DNA of 60,456 nt, counting the filler, from Sphacelaria rigidula (Eukaryota), in the NCBI GenBank assembly GCA_964200075.2. It is 9 parts of 9 records of this genome, joined end to end, with 100 filler letters (N's around TTAATTAATTAA, not from the genome) between each part and the next. Parts side by side here need not be neighbours in the genome. Positions count along the whole stretch, not along the records: positions 33,645 to 40,272 come from CAXNAA020018962.1; positions 40,373 to 47,000 come from CAXNAA020018963.1; positions 47,101 to 53,728 come from CAXNAA020018964.1; 6 more parts are not named here. One strand, given 5' to 3'. The position numbers and the translations under genes were made by a program. Positions 34,013-47,460 of the stretch are shown in pieces. The number at the start of each line of letters is the position of its first letter. Position 1 is the first letter of the stretch. A model generated the notes under the pieces. The model saw only the letters and a list, made by a program, of their open reading frames with translations. It was not told where the DNA came from and did not search any database.

Positions 34013-34375
34013 CTGTTTCATGCAAATTTGATGCAGAGGCCACGGCAAAACAGCGCATGTAAATACAACGCACGAACACAGAATTCGACGTGGGCAAGCG
34101 TTCGAACATGCAACCCCAACCACTCATCAGCCATATTGCCACAAACACAATCCCACCAACAACCAACAACCAACACACGGCGACGAGGGAGGACGAAGAG
34201 AACAATCTATTTTTTCCCTTGTCGCGACACATGAAAGGGAAACAGAAGTACGTATTCAACATCAACTAACACGGACACAGAGAGACGCATGGCCAAGGGC
34301 TGCCATGTCTATCAGGTGTAGCATGATTCCCCTCAATTTCTTGGCGTAACGAAGAAAAAAAACAGTTCTCCCTGA

Positions 34376-34731
34376 GCCGGTCGTCCCGGTGGCTCAGTTG
34401 GTAGCCTCGAAACCTTCTGACGGTTGGGTCGTGGATTCAAATCTCGGAGCGATCTGGGATTTTTTCTCACACCATGCCCAACAGAGAGCGATGTCGTGGG
34501 TACACAAAAGTCGACTTGACGGTCGACGAGGGAGGGGACTGCTAAACCCCTCTCGCGATAAAAAATAAACGCAAGCACCGCAGAAGGAAGGTGGGTTACA
34601 AAAAAACAAATAATAGAAGAAAAAGCTCCTGTATTGACCTTCCTCCTGTATGACCACGGCTGGTGCGCCCACATACACCTAAAGATGTAGACCGGCGCCC
34701 AAAATTGATGGGACGACACACAAAAAAACAC
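34376..34731 (+). mobile_element. tRNA-derived SINE (intronic in the sorting nexin gene, antisense)
   Basis: A-box TGGCTCAGTTGG at 34390-34401, B-box-like GGATTCAAATC, 3' GATGGGACGACACAC and an A/C tail. Confidence 0.8.
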
Positions 34732-35462
34732 TATTGAAGCAGTTCGCCAGCCACTCGTCAACAGTAGGAGCGTTCCAAAGCACACAACCGACTGGTTTGG
34801 TGAGCTGATATTTCACTAGCTTAGTAACAGGGATTCATAGTACCTTTCCCCCGCCAAATTTGGGCCTAAAACAATAAATTTAGGAATGGAGGATATCGGC
34901 AACTGTAACATGGCCAAATTCTACCAACACAGGAGCCATCGTATGTTGTCAGTTAGTCAACCCTAATTGCCGATCAATGTTTTCGAGGCTGTCCACTCTT
35001 CGCTCACATCTTGCGAACTCCTCCTTCGCTACCGCGGTGACCAAGTCATAGTTCGAACCAGCGACCTCATCGCCATGTACGTCACTTGAGCAATTGCAGT
35101 CATGCTCTCATTATCGCAGGTGCGACAATGGTAACTTTGCCGGCCTGTATTGAACGTCTTCAAAAAACGTCACCGTAAAATTTGTGGCGCTGACAAAGAA
35201 CCACCCCCCTCCCCTCCCCCTTCGCTCCTGCATAAAATTGAAAAAAAAAACAGCCCACACTGCAGCGTTACATACCACATAACTTGTACTTCGACCCATC
35301 GGTGGAGCATAACCTATACGTAACAATGCGAGTGTATCAGTACAGCTAATACACACACGACACACCCACCGAACCTGCACATGCAACGTACTCGGAGGAT
35401 GACCTTCATCCGAAAATGTACTACCGGTACTGCATACGGCACAAGACAGCTCACAGACGCAC

Positions 35463-35633
35463 CTGTACGTTCACGTAGTCCAGTATGATCTTCTTCATGT
35501 CCCTGGCCTTGTCCCGCCGGAAGCGAGCGAATTCGCGGTCTACCCTTGTCGTAACCTTCTCGTACTGAGCGAGGGCATTCTCCACGTTAGTCTGAGCCGT
35601 ATCCATCGCCTCTTTCGCCGCATCCACTCGGTC
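35463..35633 (-). CDS. SNX1: Sorting nexin exon 4
   Basis: cgtaag|DRVDAAKE...DREFARFRRDKARDMKKIILDYVNVQ|gtgcgt, 171 nt. Has the BAR E..RF...K..D.K motif. Confidence 0.88.
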
Positions 35634-35877
35634 CTTACGACGACAGCAGCAGCCATAACAGAAACAACGAAGATGACGACGACGACGACGACGACGACGA
35701 CAGAAGAGAAGAAAAATTATAACAACGACATTGCGAGGGGGAGGGGGGGGGGAAGCCCGTCACATCAACAAATGGTAAAAAACAAAAAAGTCACAGAGGT
35801 ATCTTCATCGGGGAGAAAAAACAAGAACATAAGTACATGCTCGCCCCCGCCCTCACAGACAAACACACAACTCTCAC

Positions 35878-36084
35878 CTGGCGGTCTCCCCCCATGCCCG
35901 CCATCTTGGAGTGGTGGGCTCGCTTCGCCTCAAGGTCGTGCAGAGCGGTCATGTAGGTTATCTTTTTCTCGTGCCGCTTGTGCAGCGCCGTCTTGAGGGC
36001 GGTTGTCATCCTGCCGTACTCCAACACAGGGCTCTCGAAAAGCTCAGCCTCCTGCTGGGCCTGCTTCTTCACCTGGACCGACAC
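35878..36084 (-). CDS. SNX1: Sorting nexin exon 3
   Basis: atgcag|VSVQVKKQAQQEAELFESPVLEYGRMTTALKTALHKR...GDRQ|gtgaga, 207 nt. Has the BAR FE.P..EY.R....K.A...R motif. Confidence 0.88.
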
Positions 36085-36291
36085 CTGCATGAATGTGGGT
36101 TTTTCATGTTTTTGGTTTTGGCTTGGTGTTGCTTTGTTTGCGTCGAAATGAGGCGCGATGAGGGAGCAGCGCAGCAACACCTTTTGTCCTTAGATCGTCC
36201 GTTATCACCTACTGGAGATGACGCGCGCACACACGGGAGTACGAGGCAGACGGGAGAATGACGCACGCTATACAGATTGACTGTAAAATAC

Positions 36292-36354
36292 CTCATCGGC
36301 AGTATGAGCCAACTGCAATAACGCTTGTCCCAGGGGTGCCTTGTCCTCCTCCGC
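36292..36354 (-). CDS. SNX1: Sorting nexin exon 2
   Basis: ggcttcag|AEEDKAPLGQALLQLAHTADE|gtattt, 63 nt, phase 0-0. It supplies the expected E..L..AL..L segment. Confidence 0.8.
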
Positions 36355-37024
36355 CTGAAGCCAACGAGTATCCGGTAGTTGCGGGACGATTGCACGACGA
36401 TTGCGGGGGAATCCGGACAGAAACCGGTGAATCAAACGCGCGAAACAAGCAAATCTGAATAAAAAAAGAGGGTGTGCATCTACTCTTCCTTATATCTTCA
36501 AAGGGCAAACGACAGATCCAGGTACACACTGCCGGTCGCGTTCCCCCCTCCCCCCACAACCGCCGATCCGTCCGGCTTCCACTAATGACTCAACGCAGCA
36601 GTTATGGTTGCCGTCAAAGAAAGCGCGCAATACGGTGCAAGAGAAATAATGTCAGGTATTCCATATTCCTCGTCTCGTGCGCTTCCGTTCGGTTCCGAGA
36701 CGGTTTCATGTCAAGACAAGGCGTCCACGTCACCCTTCCCCGCCATAAGGTGTGCGCGCGAACTACTGACTGTCCTGTGCACATGTACTGTGTACTGCGT
36801 ACATTGTACATATTCACCAAAACTTCGTACGGCAAGCGCTTTTCCCGCCTCGATGCGTTGCGGCAAGCGGTACTGTTTCATGCGTAGCACAGACCTGTTT
36901 CAGGGCTTTGGCGTGCATGATGACTCTTCCTTGTTGGCACTCGATGCTGCCGATTCTGTTCGTCCGTGCATGACTTGTCTTTTTTTCATGTGTTTTTTTC
37001 TGTCACACTTCGAATCCCTCATCC

Positions 37025-37160
37025 TCGGGGCGAGTCCATGGACTCAAGGAATCAGCCCACCTCTCCCCCGGTACAGACCTTGCATTCTTGGTCTCGCGGA
37101 TTTGGTCAGCACTCCCGCACCGCGTCAACTCTCGTCAAGCGAACTCAGTCCACTACATTT
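37025..37160 (+). repeat. Interspersed repeat (gagtccatggactcaaggaatcagccca...cagcactcccgcaccgcgtcaac); reverse copies at about 41080-41210 and 24340-24472
   Basis: The ORF track gives the shared SPW.QGISP.LP peptide, and the nucleotide match is visible. Confidence 0.7.
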
Positions 37161-38052
37161 TGTTTTGGGTACAACTGTGTTCAACGAGCTTCGGGTACAT
37201 CTGTGCGGCTCTTTTCTCGCGAACACAAGCTATGCGGCGGTTTCGGAACATCACATGACCGTAAATTCATGCGTTTGATTATCAAGGAACAACCTGCGCC
37301 TGTTCGTTGCGGGTACGCCTGGGCATGTCGTTTGTCAGTATATTGACCACAAAACATAGCGCTTCTCTTTTTTCTTACTTGTTAACCAACGACAACCAAG
37401 TCACACGCGAATGCATCCACACACATATATTTATATATATATATATTAACTCACGTTGAAATGATGATGGTCGGCCTCGGAAAAATATTCATTTCAAAAT
37501 GCTGCGTTTTCCGAGCCCTGACCATGGCATCGAGCCTCGACTCGGAAGAAAAGAGGGTATCGTAAAAATCGGATAAATTTCGTGTTGAACTTGCGATTCA
37601 ACAACAAAAAGTGTGTCTGCACCATGGGGTCAAGGAGCAACCGATCATCTCCGACCACCACTTCTTGGCTCAATGTTGAAGAAAAAAGTGGGAGTGGGGG
37701 ACACAAAAGACTGATGACAGACCGAGCCAATGAATTTTAGCGTGTCGGTTGCACCAATTAAGAGAGTGCAAGCGGATCTCAAGTCGGTAAGAAAAGGACC
37801 GTGCTCAATCTCGATTCACTTCTCATATTACTTGCCGCAAAAAACACGACCGATACATGAAAACTTGTGTCTGCATATACGTGCGGTTTGACAAAAAAAA
37901 TGGACAGCACAGAATCAAAAATTGCACCACGAAAAATTTCTAAACTTCATTCGAAAAAGAGGGAAGAAAAAACACACGTTTTCCGACGTCTCCTTTGTTC
38001 ATTGTGGAAGTGTAAAAAGGGAAAAAGAGCACGCGAAGAAACAACAACTCAC

Positions 38053-38154
38053 GTTCGCCAAGAGGGTGAATGCCACACCGAACTCAAACATGGTGTTCCC
38101 CAGCTGCTCTTGTTTCCTGACGAGCGCCGACGTGTGCCTCGCCACATTTTGCAT
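38053..38154 (-). CDS. SNX1: Sorting nexin (SNX1/Vps5-type) BAR-domain exon 1 (gene is 5'-partial)
   Basis: cag|MQNVARHTSALVRKQEQLGNTMFEFGVAFTLLAN|gtgagt, 102 nt, phase 0-0. Confidence 0.8.
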
Positions 38155-39290
38155 CTGCCCTCACGCAGGAGGCCCCATCATCCCGCATCAAACAGCATCA
38201 CCGATATGAAAGAACAGAAAGGAGCAACGGGTGTAAGGAAACAGAGGTCCACGAGAAAGATATATATATATATATATCAAGAAGACACAGTTTGGGCCTC
38301 TTAAACTGCAAAATTTCCACAAAAACACGGCAAGAGGGGGGCGGTGGGAACACGTATGGAGAAGAGCTCAAAGAACACCCTCTCAATCAAATATACAAAC
38401 CTCCACCTCGACCAAAACACAACAACAGCAACAACAACAACAACACACCTTCATCAGAGCGCGATATACATACACCCAATACACACCGGTGAAGCCTCCC
38501 TCATACTTCGAGTCTTTGGGGGAAACTGTCCAATGCGGCAGAGCATTCATTCCCCACGTGCCAAGAGACCTCCTCACAACAAAATCTTGGCAACGTGACC
38601 CTTTGCCTGATGAGGCTTCATCTGCGTTTCGATCCATCATCATCACCTGTCGCAAAACTCTCTAATCCGCGACGAATTGGACCATGTTAGAGGCCACAAC
38701 ACAAACGTCCGCAACCAACGTCACACAACAAGAAAATTATACTTTTTTTTCATCTTCCCACTACTTCCTTTAAAAAAAAAGAGACGCGCTAAGCAGGTGG
38801 TTATTTGTTCTTAGTTTTCTAGTCCTGAAAAAAAAAAACGAATCAAGCATGTTTTCATATTCTCATCGACGCGGAGCGAAAATGCTGTCATCATCCTCGC
38901 AACAGAGTGCCAGTGAAAGAAGTATGAAAAAAAAGCAACCTGACCCACTTTGCTTTGTGAATTATGCCCCAGCGAGGGCACACACAAAGTTTCGATATAC
39001 AAGCACCGAACGTGGGCCGGTGAGTGACGTGGAAATCACTTTTCCGGATTTCTTCTGACCCCGTCACTAAACGGCCCATTAACCGGTCAATATTTAGAGG
39101 TGGACCCTGAAATTTGGTACGGACAATGAATAGGGCATGATAAACACTAGGCCTGTGCAGAGGGAGTAGAGACGGGATTGATTTGATTCTCCCGAACACG
39201 AGCAAGCGTCACAAATACCGCCAAGAAAAACACACATCCATCGAGGCTGGCTTGGAGGGAAGGACTGAAATTCACTCGCCAGAGACTACC

Positions 39291-39401
39291 CACGCCGTTT
39301 TTTCAAGTTAGACCCTGAAATTTTGCACACGGGTGCTCGGGAGGCAGTGTCAGAGCAGTACCGTGTGCAAAATGAAGGGCCCAACTCGAAAAAACGGCGT
39401 G
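39291..39401. repeat. Palindromic repeat unit (cacgccgttt...gttagaccctgaaattttgcac...gtgcaaaat...aacggcgtg), related to 52736-53014
   Basis: Self-complementary. The same motif occurs at 51940 and 52742. Confidence 0.75.
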
Positions 39402-42020
39402 AGTAATTGCCCGTATATACTTCCAAGTATACCATTGTACGCCGAATGCGCCTTACCACCGACATTTTCCCTGTGAGCTCGAGCGTGGATCGATCGTTTG
39501 GGATCATTTTTCTCGAGTTACGCAACGAAAGTTTCTACAAACGTTCTTTGGACAACCTCAGCACGACTCAAATTTGACTTTTTCATGTTGAAGTACTATA
39601 AACCGGGTTCTGGGAGTTTTCACGCTGGGACTCCCGGAAGCCGATAGAGAGTAGATAACCGGTGAAATATTCTTCAACGATTACTTTTTTTTTCTTCCAC
39701 TCGTAGCACCCATAACTACCAAACTGCCAAGTTTGAGGTTGATCGGAGTTTTTCTTCGAAAGTTACAAGGGAAAGCGTCGAGAGGCTTCCTAGATCTTCG
39801 ATGCACATCATCGGAGGAAGTCTGATGACGCCAAAACCCCACATCACCGACATTCCACGCTTTGGGATATAACTCGATCCCATACAAACAGTTTTCAAAT
39901 CTGTGTTTTGGATTATATTCTTTAGCTGATGACCGTTACGAAGGTTTGTTTTGTGATCGGATCGAGTACAAATTGAGTCGGGAATTCGAATTTAATATTC
40001 CAGAACGATTTGAAGGTCCCGCACTGGCCAAGAAACATTTCCACTACCCGCGCCACGGCAAAGGAAGCAGGACCTAATTTCGCCATGTTACACTGTTCGT
40101 TTAATCGTGATGGTCACTATGAAACCATATATGTTCCTATCGGGTGAGTTGTGATATCTGTACCTAGTGGGGAATGAAATAAATTTCAAGGGAGGGGGGG
40201 GGGGGGGGGGGGGGGTATTTCTTGTTTTTTTTCTTTTGTTTTTTGACAACAAAATACCCTCCCACCCTCGAANNNNNNNNNNNNNNNNNNNNNNNNNNNN
40301 NNNNNNNNNNNNNNNNTTAATTAATTAANNNNNNNNNNNNNNNNNNNNNNNNNNNNNNNNNNNNNNNNNNNNGACCTCGCATCCCTACAAAGCCGGGACG
40401 GAGCACGCCGGGTTTCCGCCGGACCAGACTCGCACTCAATCACAAAGCGCGAAGCGCCATGATGTGTTCGGCGAGTCGTCGCATGAAGGGTGAGTTCCAT
40501 CCTGCTAAGGTTGTTCAGTCCGAGGCCTACTGATTATCTTGCATTTGGATGACAACCTAGAATGAGTTGCTTCATTTTATGGTATCGCCACTTCCAGAGA
40601 CAGCCACGGTTTATACACTGCCTCATGGGTGTCTCACCATTTGAACACTCGTACGTAGTACGATCATCCCCATTGTGCGAAGTTGAGGCTCTCCCACGCC
40701 GCGCAACATGATCTCGCTCGACTACCATCATGGTCCCCGCAAAAAAAACGCAAGCGCGCAAAAAAAAAGGTAACCTGGTTGCCTAGCTTACGCAGTGAGT
40801 GGCGTGTTGTATAGCGTCATCGCCAACGGACGCCAACCACATCGGGGGTCCGCCCCTACATAGCCGGGACGGAGCACGCCGGGTTCTCGACGGACCAGGC
40901 TGAGCTAACGGGAGGGGGGCATACTCATTTGTTGCTCCACCGACAGTCGAACCCAAGATGATCTAGTGGTTCTGATAGAGAGAAGGTGAGTTCGACTCTC
41001 GATGCATTGGCTTTTTTCCTCGAAGTTTACTATTCCACCGTCGAAAGCATGACTACGTGGGTACGTGAGTAAATAAAAAGCAGTTGACTTTGCTCGCTTG
41101 ACAAAAGTTGACGGTGCTGGGAGTACTGACCCCCATCTATAAGACCAAAATACAAGGCGTGTATAGGGGAGGGATGGGCTGATCCCTTGAGACCACGGAC
41201 TCGTACCCGAGGAAGTGGGGGGGCGGGGTGGGGGCGTACTCATTTGTTGCTTGCCTTAGTCGTTTGATCATTGACTACGCATCCCTTTCGAGACGGAGCA
41301 CCGTTCCTACTCCTAATAGAGACACCTCCAACATTCCGGCGCTCATTACGTTTCTTCCATACATCGCACAAAAACATTTTACACATAACATCCCCGTCCT
41401 TTTCGCCGTCTACGGCCACCATATATCTCCTAGTATGGCCATCGTTTTCTCGCTACTGTCTAAAGAGGGGAAAATTCAAAGTACGACCAAACACACACAC
41501 GTATTGTTCTCCATTCTTGTCGAGGTCCCGGTCCCAGCAAGAGGCGTAATAACATGCCGCGAGATTTGGTTAAAATGGTCGTTGCTCCGTCCCCGTCTGC
41601 TCACTCCACTTCGAGTGAATCAGAGAAGGAGGGTTTCCGCAAACTCGGTGACGAAAACCCTCGGCCAGACACAACCTGTTGATGTTGAACCATAGCGCCA
41701 ACTGTGACCCGAAACCCCCGAAGGCAGGTAGATCGAGCACCTTCGGGCAAGGGAGGATACGTACAATGCCCGAAGATCAATATCGTTGCTGCGGACGCTG
41801 GGCAAGCCATTGGGACTATGAGTCCCACTTACAACCCACATATGATCGTCCGCACTAAACATCACGTGTTTTCGACCGTGGACTCTGGTCTCCGGGTTGT
41901 GGCTTAAACTCTACTGGAGTCAGATCAAGTCAGATCTTCTCAACCTCCTGGGATCTTTTCCGGTGCTTTTTTGTTTCTCCACATGTATTCATCGGTTACA
42001 GCGCGTCGACAATGACCTAT

Positions 42021-42386
42021 TGTGTGTGTTGTCGTCCCATCTATTCTGGACGCCAGATTACACCATTCAGTACATGTGGGCGCATCACCCGGGGTCGCAC
42101 AAGAGGAAGGCCAACACAGGAGTATCTTTTATTTCTTATTTTGTTTCAGTACTTCACGTTACTTGAGCGGTGCTTGTTTATTCTTTTATCGCGAGGAGGG
42201 TTCAGCGGTCCCATTCCCTCGTCGACCGTGAAGTCGAATTCTGTGTACCCACGACATAGTCGCTCTCGACTGTAGGGCATGATTTGAGAAAAAATCCCAG
42301 ATCGTGTGACTGCACCGTGCTGCGAACCCCCGTCCCAACGGTCAGAGGGTTTAGCGGTTACGAGCTGAGCCACCGGAGCAAACGGC
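42021..42386 (-). mobile_element. tRNA-derived SINE copy
   Basis: Aligns along its length with 14654-15005. Confidence 0.8.
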
Positions 42387-43517
42387 TGCTCGTCGAAAAT
42401 GCGAGAGATTTCACGGTCACAATAAACCTACGCATTCCGACCCCATGCCTTCCTGAGATCGGAGGGTCTCACTCTGGGGTGTGTGGCGGTATGTCTCGGC
42501 AAGTCCATTATAAGCACAACTAAAATATGTCCATGCCCTCGACTAGTGCGCGCACTGGCGAAATGACGCAACAGCAAACATACGACAAGCCACGTCATTT
42601 TCATACCCGGAACAATAGAGCAGCAGTGAAAAACAAGAACAAAAAAGCGAAAACAATTGGCCATCAACTTGCCACTTGATCAAAAAAAAAGAGAGCGAAC
42701 AAAAAAATGGACACACGAAAAAGAACGCGTCGTGTTTTCCGTTATTTTCATCGTTCAAGATGACTGACCATTTTAGCTGTCATGGAAGGCAAGTAACTGT
42801 ATGACCTTCTTGTTTTTTTCATTGAAGGAAGGAAGAAACCTTACCCAGCACTACTGTAACCCCGCAAGCGGGTTCGCGTGCCGACTACTCGGAAGGCTCG
42901 GCTAGACCGCCTCGCGGTAGTCATGTGGGGTAGGCGCCTCGAGCGTTCGTAAGCTTTGCTCAAGGCAGGTGCAGAGGTCTAATCTATGAAAAACCCCAGT
43001 CAACTTTGCGCAGTGCACGCACCGCCCTACTGTGATGAGCTTAGACCCTACAGCATGTGATCTTGCGCGCACCGCACACGCCCCTCGACCTCCTACGGTA
43101 ACCGGCTAAAATAACCTTGCTTTGAAAGTTTGGTGGTGTATCTTGTAAGGAATAGCAGGAAACGGTATTGGAAAGGCGAGCCTACGTTTGTGACCACGGG
43201 TTCGCGAGATCGGACTAATGTGCGGAAATGATAATAATAAATGAAAATGAAAAAAAAAAGACGAAAAAAAAACATCTCAAACTCTGACTTTTTTTGTTCG
43301 GACACATATTTTTGACCTACTTCATCGGAGGCACAAACACTCCGCACTTGCCCGAGACATTGCCGTGCAGCTTAAGGCTAGATCTTCGGGATACGTGCTC
43401 AAGCTTGAGGTCGGCTCTACACAAACCCTTCACACCTACGTCACGCGGTTCGGGCTTCAACCTGTTGCGACTATACGTCCATCACGCACGCGCGTAAATG
43501 CAAGGGTCGAAGGAATT

Positions 43518-43722
43518 CAAGGGCAGGTCGAGTAGAGTGTACTCAATTGCGGGGTATTTTGTAAAACGTACTCGGGGTCCTCAAAATGGTGTATAGTGTT
43601 GGGACTCGTGCCCGAACAATAACTGGAAATCGATTCCTCAAACCCTACCCTTAATTTGTGTTCTTCAAGTACGACTTTCAAAATACCCCGCGATTGAGTA
43701 TACTCTACTCGACCTGCCCTTG
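43518..43722. mobile_element. hAT-like MITE (about 50-bp TIR CAAGGGCAGGTCGAGTAGAGT.TACTCAAT.GCGGGGTATTTTG)
   Basis: Near-perfect TIRs. The 8-bp flanks AAGGAATT/GACGAATT match at 6 of 8 positions. Confidence 0.8.
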
Positions 43723-44563
43723 GACGAATTGATTATTCGTCCGGAAATTACTTGGTTCTGGTGTGATCGATTCGTACGGTACGAACCAATCCTTACGCTT
43801 TGTTTTCAGCGTTGCAAGCCAGGTACGCGCAGCCCAGGCACATGGGATGGCGCAAAAGTTGCGTGGAGGTCTGTGTGACCAGCGGTCGACTTTCTTTCTC
43901 CCTTTCGAGCAACCAGGCCTAAGAAGTCGTGGATTTGGTGATTCGAACTGGCGATGAGTCGGCCGAACCGTGCATTAGTGCGAACGTCGCTGATCAGCGT
44001 CAATTCCTCTTGGAACGACCCACCTCAAAACCTCTCTTGACTTCTCCAAATCCCACACAGACAACGTGTGCACACTACAGAAAGGTGCACCTCTGGTCTG
44101 CGATGCTCAAGTCTCGACGCATGCTCAGCCGCCAACGACACCGCCGCGGTGCACGAACGCTATGTATGGTAACAAAAGCGCGCAAGGTCACCTCGAAATG
44201 CATGCTTATACATTTTCGAATGGGCTGCGGATTCAACACACCTCCTGCGTGGACATTTTAATTTTAATGCACCGGAAAACAGTTTGAAGGGATAACTGGT
44301 CGTGAGCCGGCTTCGAAGAGCTCAGGCTGACGTGTTGTAACATTTAATTCCTGTTTCGGCACGAGGCATCGGATACAATCACCCCGTTACCCGACGATGT
44401 CATTTGTTCTCGGAGAAACATAAGCAGCAAGCACAACAACAGCAGCAGCTGCAGCAGCACTAAGCACAAGAACCCTGTTCAAACTTCTCTCGGCGGGAGA
44501 CAGAATAGGTAAAGGTTAACACCCTGCCCACCCAGTCTCACTTAACAGAGGACATCAACTCAC

Positions 44564-44756
44564 CGACATCGGAACCATCCGCAGCCGCCCGAGAACCTAC
44601 CCCGGCGCCGGCGGCGGCTTTACCGCCGGCGGCGTGGTTGCCTTGGATGTTGGCCTTATTTTTTTCTGGGGAGGTCATGATGTAACGCCGCCCGGCTTCC
44701 GACGCGATTCTCTTTCCCTCTCCATCGCTCTCGTCATTCGTGCGCGCTCGCATGAT
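44564..44756 (-). CDS. ERCC5: XPG/RAD2-like next exon
   Basis: gacag|IMRAR...GKRIASEAGRRYIMTS...|gtgagt. The RIASE..R.YI motif follows that block in XPG/UVH3 proteins. Confidence 0.7.
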
Positions 44757-46119
44757 CTGTCGTTCATCCCCGGACGTTTAAATTTCGACAAGTAAGTTGT
44801 TTCTCTGCCGTCACCGTTTTCTTTGGTTACAGTCATCTCACATCTCATTCCTGGGCGTACTATCACGGGTCCTACTATATTATATTAACAGAGCATTATT
44901 TTCAAGATTTGTTGTCAAAATTCGACTTTTTTTCGAAATAATGGATTTGTCTTCCCCACATTCCCCGAATAAAAATGCTGAAAACAAAGCCGACGCTAGA
45001 TTTATTTCGGAGAAAATCTGCACTCAGTTTTAAACTTGATCTGTTACCTGAACGGGTTAAGAACTCGCGTCTGAGAGAGATTTCATTTCCTCCGAAAAAT
45101 TCGGAGATTTCGCACAAAAAAAACAGATCCGTTGATAGGACACCTTACTCTCGCGAGAAAAAGGGATCGTATATTTTCTAAAGTATCAGCACGGATATGA
45201 AAGCTACAGCCCCTTCGATAGGATACGGTGGGTGTACCATGGGCACCTGCACTGCTGAGGTATCGCCAAGGAAAGAAATATACACACGCCGGACAGCTCA
45301 TGAGCTACCTGACTGTCACTTGACATGACTGTACGATGTTGCAGTCAGCTACGTGGTGCGAGTTAATCGTCTCGTTGCGTTGTTTGTGTTTGTGTGTTGC
45401 TGTCATTGTTGTTGTTGTTGTTGTTGTCGCTGCTTCCTTCCTTCTTTCCTTTTTGTGGCTATTGCTTCTGTATTTTTCTGTCCCTTTCCATTTTTTATTT
45501 ATTTTTCTGCTCTCTTTTTGCTGCTCCTGACCACGGGGCTGGATTGTTGCAATCCGCTAATAACAACGTTTTCGTGGTATTAAGAGTAGAGCGCTGATTG
45601 AGAGTGGCTTTGGTAATTTGCCTTGACCTGGCCAATTTTTTACTCCGGTTGTACTCTTCTTTACCTCTATCACTAGCGTGTGCTTACAGCTACAAGTCGA
45701 TATCCTACCCAGGGATATCAAGGCCCTCAGTGGCAAGCTACTACAGAAAGCATACTGGGCCTCGTGGAGGGGCCTTTCGGAACGGAAACGATTCATTCGC
45801 TAATTGACCGCTTTTCACTCTCAATCGTATCCTCTCCTCTCAATCTAACGAATACATTGTTTAATGTGAGATAATCGATCGATCTTCATGAGCTAGCTCA
45901 CTTGGCCCCATTCTTTCCACATTTGCTCCCTACAACACTGGACGCCGAGCACGCAAAGGAGCGCAAAGGTAGCGTATTGATTTCTCGGACCCTGCTGTCA
46001 CGTATTAATGTCTCCGAACAAGAGATTTGAGAGTTATCTTCGATTAGTCATTCCAGGTAGCTCATGAACTTCCCAACGTGTGGAAATATCCAAGACCGAG
46101 AAAAATGGTGCGTCATCAC

Positions 46120-46287
46120 CTTCTTATTGAGCTTATGCCCCCTCAAAAAATTAGACAGCTGGGTCTGACTGTACATAGCCGGGTTCCCCGCCACCGGCAT
46201 GTATTGAGCCCTGCTCCTCAAGCGTTGTCTGCGCTGCGCCGCTTCGATCACTTGCTTCTTCACATGACCTGGCAGCGACGCGATCAC
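46120..46287 (-). CDS. ERCC5: XPG/RAD2 (ERCC5-like) endonuclease, internal exon
   Basis: ttccgcag|VIASLPGHVKKQVIE...RQRLRSRAQY.....NPAMYSQTQLSNFLR..KLNKK|gtgatg, 168 nt. Resembles the XPG spacer block (..SLP...Q......R......P..FS..Q...FL). Confidence 0.72.
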
Positions 46288-46902
46288 CTGCGGAACACAA
46301 CACAGCAGCAAGAAGCGAACCTGTGCATTGATCATCCCACTCGCCCCTTATACACGAATATATAACGTTTGTTTTGCGAAGGGCAACGCTACAACACGCA
46401 TCTCAGTGCTGACCCGAGAACCCTAACCCTAGCGCTACAGCCGCTGCGCCCCCGTGGGCTAACCAGGATGTACAACTGACGCGAAGAAGGTCGGCAGACA
46501 TACGGCTTCCATCCCCGCTAGGCGCAAGTTGTTCTTTTACTGGGGAAAATCTGACCTCCGTTGGTGAATACGTGAGAACGTGAATATGTAAAAGGCAGTT
46601 TTTGTAGGGCTGTGAACTGGCTGCCCTGGCCAGTTAAGTTTAAACTGGGCGCTGGCGTGGCCAGTACATCGATTGAAAACAATCGCCGGCGAGCGGCGAA
46701 GCCGCGAGCCGCCAGCGGCCCCCCCCGCCTGGTGAGGGGGCCCCGCGGGAGCGCCGCCGGAGGCGAGAAAAATTGCGGTATATGGCTTGTTTTTCCTTCA
46801 AGAATGTGGGAAATTGTAGGAGATGTGACCCCTCACATTGAGGAGCTAAAAGTCTTGGGTGACACAGGAGTGCCCGACAAAAAACCCTTCGAGATCCTAT
46901 GT

Positions 46903-46951
<49 letters not shown>

Positions 46952-47101
46952 CCCCGTTGCTACCGCCGCCCCTTCGGCTTGTGGGTGACCAGCGTGAAAA
47001 NNNNNNNNNNNNNNNNNNNNNNNNNNNNNNNNNNNNNNNNNNNNTTAATTAATTAANNNNNNNNNNNNNNNNNNNNNNNNNNNNNNNNNNNNNNNNNNNN
47101 G

Positions 47102-47460
47102 TGGACTGGTCCGTGGAGAGTGGTTGGTGCTCATCACCCGCATGTGTTTGAGAGCCAAAACATTGTTTCGGGTCATGTTCAGACCGCCCATGTAGTCCGT
47201 ATGCTTTTTTATGCAGACGCACAGTTTAATGTAACGGCAGACGTGGAGGATGTGTTCCAGCATGCCTTCAACCAGGGGTAATTTCAGATGCCTGGGACTG
47301 TTCGCGTGGCAAAGGCAGAGGATCGTTCGTTGATCGTATTGGTCGACTGGGTAGGTTTTGAAGTCGAGGAGCGTACGTGGGAGCCTTTGAAAAAACTTTT
47401 TGAGGCCGCTCCGGAATTTCTCAAAATGGAGTTGCGTGAGGTGCGAGTTAACAGTGCTTC
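47102..47460 (+). mobile_element. Decayed Ty3/Gypsy integrase C-terminus with chromodomain
   Basis: WTGPWRVV...AHVVRMLFYAD, an in-frame stop at 47279, then IVLVDWVGFEVEERTWEPLKKL. Confidence 0.85.

Noticed and set aside
34376..34450. tRNA gene
   Set aside because: A/B boxes are present, but there is no convincing cloverleaf and the head is attached to a repeated SINE body.
7300..47460. Joining the integrase in contig 2 with the chromodomain tail in contig 8 as one element
   Set aside because: They lie in different contigs. They may belong to related families, but physical linkage cannot be inferred.
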